From Octopus vulgaris (taxonomy: Eukaryota): DNA of 64,000 bases. Position 1 is the stretch's first letter. Each line of letters starts with the position of its first letter. This document shows positions 38,600 through 52,358 of this stretch, one piece after another. Below the pieces are notes generated by a model. That model was not told where the DNA came from and did no database searches. It worked only from the letters and a program-made list of their open reading frames with translations. The translations under genes and the position numbers were made by a program. The DNA is taken from the NCBI GenBank assembly GCA_951406725.2, contig OX597821.1:54808001-54872000 (forward strand). Reading direction: 5' to 3'.

Positions 38600-40520
38600 T
38601 CCTAATACTTGGTGATACTACAAGACCATAAAAGGTATAAATAGTGACCGTGTAAAAGATTTTGATATTGGCATATGACCAACTGGTTAGTATTCAACTG
38701 TTGGCTTCGATGTATGCCAGTTTTTTTTTTTTTATCAGTTGGGTGATCCTGAAAGATCATCATAATCTTCTTATCACACAGCAATCTTACCACAAAGCAA
38801 TCTCCTTACCACACAGCCACTCCTGCACCTATTGTTGTTATACTTTTCAAGAATATTGCTATTTGGTATCTGATCATTCCATGAAATGTTACACACTGAA
38901 TATGAACAGCTCATGTAAAATGCATTTAGAGAGCTGATTTCATTTCTGTATTCTGTCTATTTCCCATATTCATAAACTAATATTGAGATAACTACACTAC
39001 AACAAACTCGAATATTTATATTAAGTGACACAGCATGGTTTTTCCAACAACACTCAGATAATTTTCTAAAAGTAATGCTGGCTTTTCTAAGACACCATGA
39101 TTTCACCAGCAAGCCTAGCATTCAAGGTTACTATAGAATCAAGGAAGCAAAATAAACTGAAGATATATAAATGGGTTATTGATTTTTATGATGGAGCTTG
39201 ATTGTTATACATTTGAGTTCAGTTTTTTGTGATAAGATTGAGACCAAAAGCCTTGTCTACTTTGGAAATTTTGTTCATATGATCTTGCATCAGTTCCAAA
39301 GAATGATCTTTCAAAAAATTATTTGTGATTGCACAAATGATCTGCAAGAAGTAGTTCACATATGGTTCAGATGTAACTGTGTGGTAAGAAGCTTGCTTCC
39401 CAACCACATGGTTCTGGGTTCAGTCCAACTGTGTGGCACCTTAGGCAAGTGTCTTCTACCATAGCCTCAGGCTGACCAAAGCCTTGTGAGTAGATTTGGT
39501 AGAGGGAAACTGAAAGAAGCCTGTCATGTGTGTGTGTGCGTATATATTCACCTTTGTGTTTGTGCTTGTCCTCCACCACCACTTGACAGCAAATGTTGGT
39601 GTGTTTAAGTCCCTGTAACTTAGCAGTTCGATAAAAGAGTCTGATAGAATAAGTACCAGGCTTAAAAGAAGAGTATTAGGGTTGGTTCATTCAAGACAGT
39701 GCTCTAGCATGGTCACAGACAACTGACTAAAGCGAGTAAAAGAAGATATAAATTCATGCTAAGTTTTAGTATCTATGTCGGGCCACTGTGCATTGAACAA
39801 ATTTGTACTGGAACAAAACAGAACATTTACACTAGCATTGCAGTCATCAACTCCATACTTAAACTCATAACACAGCTTTGTTATTTCCATTTGAAACATG
39901 AAAGGACCAAAATATTGACTGTTAGAAATTAGTTGATGTCAAAGTTATGAAAAGAGAAAGTAACAGTTTTTGTCTGGAATACGTATTTTTGGTAGAACAT
40001 TTTATATGAACCTCCTTAGACACAACATCTAATGGATAATTCCTTGTAATGCTCTCTAACTTCCTGCTAAACTTGCCTTAATACAAAGACCATATTATCT
40101 GGTCTGTGCCTTGTCTAGCTTAAAATCCATACCAGCAACTTACCCAAATATAATTTGTGAACCAGATGTGTTTTGATTCTAAATAAAATAACATGAGCAA
40201 GGGTTATTCCAGTAACTGAGAGGAACATTATTCCATAGGGATTGTCACATGCTTATGAATTTTGCTCTTATTTTTATATAGAGGAGCAATCTTGTAAAAT
40301 AGTTTAGTGAGAGATTTTGACAATTGTACATCCATAAAATTCATAAATCTCAGAAGACATTTCATCTTGGCTTGATGCTTTACCATCTTTGTTGGATGTT
40401 TTGGGGGTTTTTTTAACAGTTGGGTTCCCACCTAGTTCTTGGATGTAGGTCCTGATTTAAAAGTAATTTTCTGTGAGCCTTGTGTCAATATCTATGGCAA
40501 GTTGATATTGTAAGATGATA
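38600..40520 (-). pseudogene. Heavily decayed RTE-clade LINE RT region, interrupted by SINE A (39372-39745)
   Basis: IAPLYKNK...CDNPYGIMFLSVTG (RT domain 1), ELLLADH..AFGLNL (YADD region), IMMIFQDHPTD..VGHM (RTE C-terminal WQD/GHV.RM). Confidence 0.65.
39372..39745 (+). mobile_element. SINE family A
   Basis: Same layout as 55475-55886. Confidence 0.88.
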
Positions 40521-42641
40521 AAAACTGAACAACTAAAATTGTTTTCCTTTCTGTACTTGTTTTTTTATTATCCTGAAAAGTGTATATATTCTCAAGCAAA
40601 ATTTAAAGTTATTCTAACACTGATTGTCACTGCTGCAAAGTGAATGACCATGGATAGTAAAGATCCCCTTCGGTCATGAATAACCATGGGATTGCACAAG
40701 TCCAGGTAAGGTTGTTTATGGAAGACCAGCAGTTGTCCATGCATAACAGTCTCCCTTCTCCAAGCCATTGGCGTTATCCAAGGGAAAATCTTGGCACCAG
40801 TGATGTTGCAACCTATTTCTACAGCTGAGTGAACTGGAGCTATGTGAAATAAAGTGTCTTAATCAAGAACACAACACACAGATCAGTTTGGAAATCGAAC
40901 TCACAACCTCATGAAAGTAAACTCAACACTCAAACTACTGAGCTATATGCCTTCATTTCCCATAGCCATGGCTACTGACAGGAATAACTGGGCAAACTTT
41001 ATTGTAGGAATTTTTATTACCCTATCCCCAGGTAATTATGGAGAGCAGTTTTAACATAACAGGTCTGCTTTGCTACTGATAGAAAACTTGAATTGTGCAT
41101 TTGTTCCCACTTATGCACAAAATAGTGATCATCCACAGGTACATTTGTACAAATCCCAGACTAGGAATCCCCAGAAAAATCCTTTGCCCACTCTACTTGC
41201 TTTGAAGGGAAATTTGATGTGGTTATGATTCTGATCAGAATGTCAGGTGCATTTCCCCTCCAAAAACTTTTCTCTGTTACATATCAATTAATCCATTGTC
41301 TATTTTCATTTAAACCATTTCAGTTGTGGTATAAATGAGATGATATTTTAATACGTTTACTAACTTATTTTACCATACAATGGTACCACAAGGTTGATGG
41401 CGGAAGAATTATTGACTATATTTCTGTTATTTATACTTTCAGTTTGAATAAAAATGTCCAGGAATCGTTAGCTATATTCCTATTCCTTTTAGTGTAACTA
41501 AAATGTTTTAGTTTATGTCTCTACTTTTGTTACTAAATTTTCTTTTTATAAATATTGAAATTTCCAAAAGCTTATTCCTGTTTTTGTATTTGTATTTATG
41601 ATTGGATAAAAATAATGGGCAAGAATCCTAAAAGAACAGTGTCTATTTTGGCAATCTGACAATATTTACCCCATCTACCCTGCCAGTTGCATATAATTTT
41701 GTTAATGCATATAGCTTTCTAAGAAATGTACTAAGATGGTGGATAAAGAAATTTCTCAAACCAAATTCTATAAAATCTTCTTTATATTTGAGATTTGCCT
41801 TTCTGTATGCGTTTTCTACAGATATTTCAGTGCAATGAGTGTGAGAGTGTGTGTGTGTGCGTGTGTGTGTGTGTGTTTATATGAAGCAAATGTATCATAT
41901 TCCGAGGAAAATTTAAGCTCAGTTTAAGAGCATTAAGCTTATTTACGCCAGAGATACTGTTTCTGTGAATCATGACCAAAAAGACAAGCTGCTGTCAGCT
42001 TCTGAAATTAGTTTTCTTCACAAGTTCAGATTCTATATTTTTCTCCCTTTCATTCTAGTTTCTATATTCTATTATATCATAAGATGTCAAATTTTACTTA
42101 CATCGAACACAAATGTCAGCTATCATTAACAATGTGTTACTTTCTCTGATAACCTATGCTTTACTTGGCTAAACATCATTCAACAATTTAGCTATACAAA
42201 GGAAAGAGTAAATTGATGAAAAATTAAAAAAAAACAAAAAAAAAAACAATAATACATCTGCTTGCTGAAATTCTACACAATCATTTCTTTCTTTCCTCTT
42301 TCTATAAGTGATTATGAGATGAAAAATGAAACGCTTATTTCCCATTTTTTTATTCTCTTGATTGCTTTTTGTGAGGGGATGATAATGCATTTTTTAAAAT
42401 GGTCTTGACAATAAGCTGGCATATTATTTGCAAACAGACATGTATTAAATTATGGAGGTGCAAAGTATAAATGTTCTGACTGATATTCAGTGATATGTTA
42501 TTCATTACATGTAGCATTATGTATCAGCTCCACTACTCACACTAATAGGAATTCTCAAAAAAAAAAAAAAATCATAAATAAATTCATGGAATATAAAAGC
42601 ATTTCAATGAAAACCTAAGATCTTATTTAGATGTTTCAATA

Positions 42642-43067
42642 TTTTACTATTTTTACTATTTACTATTTCACTTGTTTCAATCATTTGATTGTGGCCATGC
42701 TGGAGCACTTTAATCGAAGAAATCACCCCCAGGACTTATTCTTTGTAAGCCTAGTACTTATTCTATCAGTCTCTTTTGCCGAACTGCTAAGTGACAAGGA
42801 CGTAAACACAACAACATCGGTTGTCAAGCGATGTTGGGGGACAAGCACAGATACACAAACATATATACACACATGCATACATATATATATATATATACAT
42901 ATACAACAGACTTCTTTCAGTTTCCGTCTACCAAATCCACTCACAAGGCTTTGGTTGGCCCGAAGCTATAGTAGAAGACACTTGCCCAAGGTGCCACGCA
43001 GTGGGACTGAACCTGGAACCATGTGGTTGCTAAGCAAGCTACTTACTACACAGCCACTCCTGCACCT
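42642..43067 (-). mobile_element. SINE family A, near full length
   Basis: Reverse complement of the family A consensus with a (TAAAAG)n-like tail. Confidence 0.9.
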
Positions 43068-43074
43068 ATTTTGA

Positions 43075-43260
43075 TTATTCTTGGTGTAGTTGCTGCTTAA
43101 TAGATTGTTATTGAGCTTGAACATTTCTTCATGGTGTGTATCACAATCGCTACTTATATTCTTTGCATGATGTTTTAGGCACTGAGTAATCCCTCTATTT
43201 ACACTGTATGGATGGTGGGAATTGAAGTTTAGGTATGTCATATAGCCCATATGACATCAG
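43075..43260 (-). pseudogene. Penelope-like ORF fragment (post-RT region)
   Basis: YLNFNSHHPYSVNRGITQCLKHHAKNISSD...EEMFKLNNNLLSSNY matches PLE YL.F.S.HP...K.G+...L..RA..I.S. Confidence 0.75.
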
Positions 43261-45786
43261 GACAGTATTCAAGGGTAATACAACACTTTGCAAATATTTC
43301 CTTTGAGTAAAACCACCAACAGAAGAGAATATGACCAAAGATGAGCAAAAATGAGCATAGGTATGGCTGTGTGGTTTATGATGTTTGCATTGCAACCTAG
43401 TTTTAGGTTCAATCTCACTGAGTCACGCCTTGAGTGAGTATGTTTTACCACTGCCACAGGTCAATCAAAGCTTTTTGAATGAAATATAGTTGATAGAAAC
43501 TGTGAGGAAACCTGTCAGGGAGCTATTTCTGTTGTTGGGTAATAGTTTAACATCACTGCCTGGCATTAGGGCAGCCTTTGAACAGAATCCACTCTCTTTC
43601 AAGTATTCAGGCCAGATCTCTAGATTATTGATAACTTCCACCCATATTATCACCACTCTTGAAGACCCTGATAAGGATCACAGCTGTTACCTCTTCTCTT
43701 TTGACAAAGTCTTTAAAAGAAAAGTTGGTTCGTGTTGGTTCTGTTTGCTTTATTTGTTTAGAAGGTGAAAATATTTCAGTGACATTTTAGATAACCCTGC
43801 ATATACAATCAAATATTTCCATCAACAAAAATATACAGCCATTTGAGATAGGAATAATAATAGCAAGGTAGGGTTAAAAAATTGTGCATATAAACAGTTA
43901 AATTGAATTTATATTTCCAAGTCATCAACTTGTAACAAGTAACTAAAATATAGCAGTTGATGTAGACTTTGTGTCATCACAACATTGCAGGATGTATAAA
44001 AGAAACATTTCAGCAGCCTCAAGAAACACCTTAAATAGATCAACTGTAAAATTGGTCATACAGACCAAAGTATTTATTGAGATAATTTGATGATATTTAA
44101 ATTGATAAACACAGAAAAGTAAAAACTAGTAATAATTTCATTTCAACTGAACTGCCACGAGAATCGATTACCCAAAGGAATAATTCTTTTCTCCTTTTTC
44201 TATATCTTTTCTCTATATTAAAGATTAATGATACACATTTCTTATTCATTGTTTTGTCTTCCATAAAACAATTAGTAATTTTAAAGATTTTTGTTTTGTG
44301 TCTGTTTAGAAGGAAATGGTTATTAAATCATTATGGAATCTGTTTTTCTTTTTTTTTGTCTTAAATAGGGAAGGAAGAACATTTCAACTGTAAATCAATT
44401 GTGGAACAGCAATTTGTATATACAAGTTTATTTCTAATGGAGAAAATGCACTTTTATCTGGTGCTGATTGGTTGAAAATAACATAGAAATAAAGGATTAT
44501 TTTAAAATGTTGAAATATATTATGATGGTTGCCAATTCTCTCCTTGTGTAGTGAATTATGGTTCTGATATTACTGAAATTAATATTTTGAACCACAAACA
44601 GGAAATAACTTTAGTTGACTTGTTATTTATTTCTATATGCATAAATATGCATTAGATTCAGTTTTGAGAAAATATAATTTTGAGGGGACAAAATACATCC
44701 ACCTTTGATGACTTATGCTTAATTCAATATCACAACATGCAAAAAATAGTTTCAATGACTCACTTCATATCTGATTATAACACCGACGTGAAGGAGTCTA
44801 ACTCAAAACAAACATCTTAGGAGCCTTTTGTAAATTACTGACAATTTGTTTTTCTTACCAACGTTTATAACTCTATGCATATATGTATATATATATTATA
44901 GTTAATCCAAACATTATGAATGAGAAAACACAACAACGTGAGGACATGGAATAAGTATAGTGTCGATCAATGGAAATTGCAGCTAAGATAAAAGTGCCGG
45001 TGGCACGTAAGAGAACCATCCAAACGTGGCCGTTGCCAGCGCCACCCCGACTGGCCTCGTGCCGGTGGCACGTAAAAAGCACCATCCGTTCGTGGCCGTT
45101 GCCAGCCTCACCTGGCCCTTGTACCGGTGGCACATAAAAAGGTTAGTTAAAAATATTTTTTGGACATATTTCAACTCCTAAAAGCAATTGCCCTGCAGTT
45201 ACCATGAAGAAAATACTCTCTTTTATGCTAAAAGACATAAAAAAAAAACACATTTGTCCACTGCAACAGCTTCCCACCAATCTATAAATCTCAAAATCCT
45301 CTCATATCTGCTATGAATGCCCTTCTGCCACCTACTCATTACAACCACTACTACATACCTCTGATATCCATCTCTGTCCCTGTATATATCTCTCCCTCCC
45401 CTCACTCTCCTACACAATATATGATCTTATTTTCTGATGCATCTACAGGTTTATAATACTGTTGTTCCCTGCTCTTCGTGTATTGCCACAAGTCACCGTC
45501 TCCTTCCTGAGCTATTTCTTTATTTTATCCCTCACCTTTCTAATACTTTCATTGCATTCTTCTCCTTCCCCATCTTTAGCCATTTGTCCCTCTCCTCTCA
45601 CACTTACAAGAACGTATTCACCCAGCCTTCTCAATCTTCAGTTTGAATTCTCTCCTACTTGCCCTTGTTGCAACTTGAGAGTACATACTGACCCCTCATC
45701 ACCAACATCATTAGATTCTTTCCATCTACTCCCACCCACAGTTAGATAATGCAGGGGAGCTATGTATCTCTTCATTGCCTGTCTTT

Positions 45787-46021
45787 CTTATTTCTTTATT
45801 GCCCACAAAGGGATAAACATAGAGGGGACAAACAAGGACAGACAAAGGGATTAAGTCGATTACATCGACCCCAGTGCGTAATTGGTACTTAATTTATCGA
45901 CCCCGAAAGGATGAAAGGCAAAGTCGACCTCAGTGGAATTTGAACTCAGAACGTAACGGCAGACAAACTACTGCTAAGCATTTCGCCCGGCGTGCTAACG
46001 ATTCTGCCAGCTCGCTGCCTT
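45787..46021 (-). mobile_element. SINE family B
   Basis: Reverse complement of 50006-50238; further partial copies at ~24860-24990, 33070-33180, 62385-62553. Confidence 0.9.
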
Positions 46022-46867
46022 TCTATCATCCATTAGTCTCTCAACAGCTGGCACAAAATCATCTCCTCCACTTCAAATCCACTAATTCAAGAAAGCTTCT
46101 TTTTATAATTTTGCAAGTTGCTAAGCGACCTCACTAATGCTGGTATTATGTATAAAGCATCCAGTACATTGTGTAAACTGGTTGGCATTAAGAAGAACAT
46201 GCAGCCATAGACGACAGAACTTGATGCAGTTCTCCAGCCAGTTTGGATCCAGCATGGAAGACAGATATTGAAATATGTCACAAGCATATTTTAGCAAACC
46301 TAAAGTTCATTTATTTCTAATCAAACACATAAATATATAAGCCAATAATGGAGGCATGTATATAGTTGTTTGACTTATTTATAAGAAAGAACAGGAAGTG
46401 GGGAAAGGGAGAAAGAGCAGGAGGAGGAGGAGGAGGACTTGAGCAGAAAATATTGCTTTCTTTCGCCCCTTTGTAGCAAATCAACTTACAGAAATCTATG
46501 AAATCTCCAAGGGATTATGTATTTTACTGATGCTGACAACCAAAAACACCAGCACTAGAGCTGCCACTGTTGTCTCTGCCACCACCACCACCACCACCAC
46601 CACCACCACCGCTGCCGCCGCCACCACCATCACCGCCACTGCCACCACCACCACCAACAACAACAACAGTTGTTTCCTAAAATTTCGCATTTCAATTTTT
46701 AATCAATTTAGTACTGAAGTGTTTCAACGATGCATTTTGTAGACAACCTGATAGTTTTCTTTTTTAAAGATCCCAGATAAAAAAATAAAATTATACTTTC
46801 ACATTGACTCTGACCCTCCAGAGACACCAACCCTGAAAGTGTTATTAGTTGATATCCTTTTAGTTTT

Positions 46868-47236
46868 TTTATTCTTTTACTTGTTTCAGTCAATTGACTA
46901 TGGCCATGCTGCAGTACTGCCTTAAAGGGGTTTTAGTCAAAGAAATCTACCTCAGGGCTGTTGGTCTCTTTTGTTACAGGGACCTAAACATACCAACATC
47001 GGTTGTCAAGTGATGGTGGGGGAACAAACACAGACCCAAAGACATAAATACACACACACACACAGACACACATAAATATATATTTAACAGGCTTCTTTCA
47101 GTTACTATATACCAAATCCACTCACAAAGCTGGAGCTGTAGTAGAAGACACTTGCCCAAGGTGTCACACAGTGGGACTGAACCCAGAACCATGTAGTTGA
47201 GAAGCAAGCTTCTTACCACACTACCATGCCTGTGCA
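46868..47236 (-). mobile_element. SINE family A
   Basis: Reverse-complement family A sequence. Confidence 0.85.
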
Positions 47237-48424
47237 TAGATATCTCCAAATATTTTTAGATGGTGCAGGTCATTACTGAGCCATCTAATATGTGTGTGTG
47301 TGCGTGTGTGTGTATGTGTGTATGTGTGTGTGTGTATGTGTGTATGAATGTATGTATGTGTGTATGTATGTGTGTGTGTGTATGTGTGTGTGTATGTGTG
47401 TGTGTGTTATGTATATATGTGTATATATACACTCAGAAGGCTGTAATTTCGCTGGTAGTAAACCCAGATGGAAAACATATACGAGCAAGGCTGTAACTTA
47501 AACACGTTTATTTGTGGCCACACATATATACATAATGGAAGGACAAACAGAATGGTTAGTGCGTAAGGGCCATGATCTTCTGTGCTATGCTCCTATCTGT
47601 AGCTGGTCTGTGGCAATAAGACAGAGCCAGTCAAGTTGTGTCCTCATAGCTTGCATATCCATACAGAAAAAGAGTAAGAGATGAGGTCATGTGTCTGAAC
47701 TTCAATGTTGTGTTGCACCCTCTCTCTGTATAGCCAGCTTGTTTACCAGCTGTCAAGTGGGGTAATGCGCCTTACATATTTTACAATCATTACTTCAAAC
47801 CATATATAGAATTAAAAGTTATGTTATCAGCTTCAGGAAGTGTGCATTGGTTATAGTAGAGGGGTAACACTGTAAAAGTAAATCATTTTCTGTCAGAAAT
47901 TGAATTGAAAGAAAAGCGAAAAAACTAAACACTTAGATATCTCAAGCTAAAAGCAATTCTATGACATGTCATTCTAATTTAACTCTCACAACCTTTCTGT
48001 CAATGTTACTACACAGAATATATTCAGAAGTTCTGATTGAAGATACTTTCTACAGGATCTTCACATTTCTGCAAGGAAATATAATTGAATGACCCACGCT
48101 GACTTCACAGTGTGTGTGTGTTTACAAATTCATGTAGGCTTGTATGTGTTTATATATTTTTTTGCATCACCATACCTACTCACAGACACACTCACACATA
48201 AATATATACGTACATACATATACATACATATATACACACATTTATATATATACAAATTTATATACATGCATGCATACCTGCAGATACATATATACACATA
48301 TATACATAACACACACACACATACATACATACATACACACACATACATACATACATACACACACATACATACATACATACATACACAAACATACACACAT
48401 ACATACATGCATACATACATATTT

Positions 48425-48670
48425 TATTCTTAAACAAGAATGTCGATAACGACTTTAATGTTTCAGCCAGCTAAGTCATTGTTGGAATGTCCAATGATGG
48501 CTTAGCATATACAGTTCTATATTTAAGAGATGAGGAATTCTGTACATTATTTACATTATTTACATTTGATGGATATTTGTCCTCGCCCTTAAAAAATTTA
48601 AATAATGTAGATAGCTTAGCTGGCTGAAACTTCGAAGTCACTCTCAACAACAGTCTTGTTTAAGAATAAT
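48425..48670. mobile_element. Short inverted PLE pLTR-like module with a damaged hammerhead core, split by a nested insertion
   Basis: ttcttaaacaaga..gtttcagccagctaag is inverted against cttagctggctgaaacttcgaagtc..tcttgtttaagaa; GAAAC-uucgaa-GUC is a palindromic helix III. Confidence 0.55.
48507..48613. mobile_element. Miniature derivative of the 5916-6429 fold-back element, with 7-bp TSD
   Basis: Carries cagttctatatttaagagatgaggaatt..atatttgtcctc (left end of the 5916 element) and taaataatgt (its right end); gcttagc at 48500-48506 and 48614-48620. Confidence 0.8.
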
Positions 48671-48762
48671 AAATTTTTACTTTACAAAAGTAAAGCATGG
48701 AGTAATCCATCAGATTAATGTAAAATTATTTTTATTATAACTGAACATAGAACCAAACATTA

Positions 48763-48809
<47 letters not shown>

Positions 48810-48813
<4 letters not shown>

Positions 48814-49304
48814 TAAATAAATGGAGTTTAATGCAGGAGTAATCAAATATTTTTACTTTCGACACATGTTTCGAAAATTTCACTGATACTATTCAAAAGA
48901 ATAAATGGTATAAACAATGCAATCTTCTCCTCAGGAAAGTGAAAAAAGTGAAACTTGTCAATAAGACATTTTAGCAAAACATAATGGATTTGTATAGTGA
49001 TAGACAGAACGCTATTAATATTGTTTAAAAAAATGTTAGATGATATAACGTCATAAGTAGCTAACAGAAAGAGTAGCGATACCAATAGTGAATGTTAAAT
49101 ATAAAGGAAATTCAAGTTTAAATTATATATAATGATAGAGACTACTTATATGCACTAAATGTATGTTTTTGCCAATGCTTACATCTGTATGCTCGCTCTA
49201 TAACCGTGTTTACTATAGTATTTTTAGAAAAAATAATGAAAAATAGTTCAGAATTGCAAAGAATAGCATATATATATATGCGTTAAACTCCATTTATTTA
49301 TTCA
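48810..49304 (-). mobile_element. Non-coding ~0.5-kb module with ~26-bp terminal inverted repeats in a (TA)n context, carrying an intact hammerhead
   Basis: tgaataaataaatggagtttaatgca (48810-48835) versus tgcgttaaactccatttatttattca (49279-49304). Confidence 0.7.
48855..48940 (-). ncRNA. Canonical type I hammerhead ribozyme
   Basis: Minus strand acuuuc-CUGAGGA-GAAGAUUgCAUUG...CAGUGaAAUUUUC-GAAAC-augu-GUC-gaaagu: helix I 6 bp, long helix II with G10.1-C11.1, helix III AC/GU around palindromic acaugu, GUC triplet. Predicted cut between 48861 and 48860. Confidence 0.88.
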
Positions 49305-49661
49305 TATATTATTCAAAATATTCAACGTAAACACGAAGTTTCTACCTTTATAAACAAGGAGTTACATCTTTACTTGTGAGATTTTTGCTACCTTGGTAAC
49401 TATTTATTTATTTTTTCCGTGTTAATTGTTAACAAGGTAAAAATACACTCATCTATTTATATATATATATATTCATACATACACATATTCACAGACACAC
49501 ACATATATACACACACTTACAAATATATACATATATATACATATATACACACCTAATTTTATGTATGTACACACATATATAGGTACGTGTGTATATATAT
49601 ATTTGTTAGTGTGTGTATACATACATACATACATACATACATACATACATACATACATACA

Positions 49662-49692
<31 letters not shown>

Positions 49693-49923
49693 GCACAAAC
49701 AGAATATTTGATAATGATGCTACAGTAATTATAGCAAAATAATTTTCAAGCTGTTTTTCAGGAATTATCAATGAAAGAGAAATATAGAGACATACAGACA
49801 ATGAATGACTAACAGAGGAAAAAAAAGTGAAAATGTAGAACAGAAGGAAAAGATGCAAAAAGAATGAAAGAACTAAATACAAGGAGGTGAAAAGGGAAAG
49901 AAAAATGATCGAGAGAGAGGGGG

Positions 49924-49970
<47 letters not shown>

Positions 49971-50005
49971 TGCTAGATATGTTGAAGAGATAAATAGTTA
50001 GACAA

Positions 50006-50238
50006 AGGTGGTGAGCTGGCAGAAACATTAGCATGCTGGGCGAAATGCTAAGTGGTGTTTCATCTGCCATTACGTTCTGAGTTCAAATTCTGCCGAGGTT
50101 GACTTTGCTTTTTATCCTTTTGGGGTCGATAAATTAAGTATCAATTACGCACTGGTGTTGATGTAATCGACTTAATCCCTTTGTCTGTTCTTGTTTGTCC
50201 CCACAATGTTTAGCCCACTTGTGGGCAATAAAGAAATA
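50006..50238 (+). mobile_element. SINE family B with 10-bp TSD
   Basis: ggtgagctggcagaa..gagttcaaattc..ggggtcgataaattaagta..gtgggcaataaagaaata; agttagacaa at 49996-50005 and 50239-50248. Confidence 0.9.
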
Positions 50239-50783
50239 AGTTAGACAATCATATTCATATAAATGGACAGAGAGAAAATGGAAAGATGGGCAGACTGTTA
50301 GACAGACAGATAGAGGAACTGAAAGATAAACAGACAGACAGACAGACAAATAGATAAGTGGGCAAGTACACTGACAGACTGACAGGCAGGGAAACAGGCA
50401 GGTAGACAGACAGACAAACACACAAACAGATACACTGATAGACAGAGAGACAGACAGATAACTTGATAGACAAATAGGCTAGCCGGCAAATAGAGGAAGA
50501 CAGATGAGCAGTGAATCCGTAGCAGATGAGAGTAGTGAAAAAAATAGGGAAAGAGAAGATAGAATACAAAGCAGATATCCAAATAAATCTTACATATACA
50601 TAGCTCCAATTGATGCAGTTTGTAATAACCTGTGTGACATGTATAAAGACTATAAACCAATGTGGACTTGTGTGATTTCATTATTGGTTCGGTATCAGAT
50701 ATTGGAAACTACAACTGGAAATGACATTATAAAAACAAAATTTCTGTGTTTTTATGTTTGTATGTGTGCTAATGTAATTATTG

Positions 50784-50852
<69 letters not shown>

Positions 50853-50868
50853 TATGTATATATGTATG

Positions 50869-50916
<48 letters not shown>

Positions 50917-51044
50917 GACCCTCAGCTATCATATTACACACACACATACACCATACCACTGAGAATCAGTCAATTTTGCATTGGCTGAAGAAATGTGTCT
51001 CCCAGTCTATCAATACATATCACAATATATTGTCCTTGATGAAA

Positions 51045-51091
<47 letters not shown>

Positions 51092-52204
51092 CATATATAT
51101 ACATATATATATAAAATCACTTTCTATAATATGTTCCGTATTTCTCTATTCTGTTCTAGTTTATCCATATATGCATATTGTCATAGTTCTAAGGATTATA
51201 ATTAATTTTAAATTGTTTATGGGGCAATTTAGATCAGAAATACTTTGCCTTAGATTAGCTGTATAGGGTAATACATATGCTTATCTGTTACTTGTATAAA
51301 TAATAATAACGATGATTTCCTTTATATGCGACAGGGCATCTGATGAGGAGGACTACAAGGATATATTTGTGTGGGGGTTTACATAAAAAATAAATGAGGA
51401 GAAATGAGATAAAAAATTTACACGCTCGATGCAAAATAAGTAAATGCAAACATGAAGCAATGTTTTCTAGGCGATCCCAGGTAACTCCACCGTTTCTGGA
51501 TTACCCTGACCACTAACAATGCGAGTTTTCACTCAACTCATGTGCTCCAATCAATAGGCGCATGCTTAAAGTTGTTCAGTTCCCCTACATTGTTTTCGCC
51601 AGAGTCATCCGTCTTTTGACAATTCACTAGCAGAGAGTGTGTCTCTCTACTTTCATTTTCTTTCCAAATAGAACTCAAAAATTGATGAATGTTTGATTGA
51701 AGAGGAAGGTGCCTGCCTGCAGTCATTTCAACTCACCCATTGCAAGACCTCCTATGCCATAGCCACAAAACTAAGGAACACTGTCTGCTCAGCCTTGCAA
51801 TGAAGGATGGTGAGACAATCTTCACAATGGACTAAGCCAATAAGCAGTTCTACAGTCGTGGCTAAAATTTTGGAACATAGTCTGGAAATTAGAATTTTAT
51901 ATCAAATGCTCAAAATTTATATTTAATTTGCAACACATTATTACTTGGTCAAAAGTTTGGATCATAGGTATGAAAAGTTTTCCTTCTAGATATTGAACCA
52001 TTGGATCAGTTATTAGGTAAGCATACCTCTACATTATATATATTTGAATTGAATAGTACTTGGGCATAACAATTTTTACTTTCTAAAAAATACTCTTTGG
52101 CCACTGCTGCTTATATGCCACAACAACCATTCAACAATAGTCTACAAATCAGTAATGCTTGACATAGCAGAAGTGTATACAGTGCAACTGAGCTGTTTTA
52201 TGAT

Positions 52205-52358
52205 TGTGGCTGTGTGGTAAGTAGCTTGCTTACCAACCATATGGTTTGTGTTCAGTCCCACTGCATGGCATCTTGGGTAAGTGTCTTCTACTATAGCCTC
52301 AGGCTGAACAAAGCCTTATGAGTGGATCTGGTTGACAGAAACTGAAAGAAACCTGTCA
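52205..52358 (+). mobile_element. 5' half of SINE family A
   Basis: Head through gaaactgaaagaa, then (TA)n into which a hammerhead-bearing module appears to be inserted. Confidence 0.85.

Noticed and set aside
38490-38748. Minus-strand exon with good ag/gtaag signals
   Set aside because: All frames are closed and most of it translates as the decayed C-terminus of the adjacent RTE LINE.
42631-43074. 147-aa ORF and similar short ORFs (LLSVSVYQIHSQGFG...) recurring in the window
   Set aside because: Read-through of SINE family A; the recurrence reflects the repeat, not a protein family.
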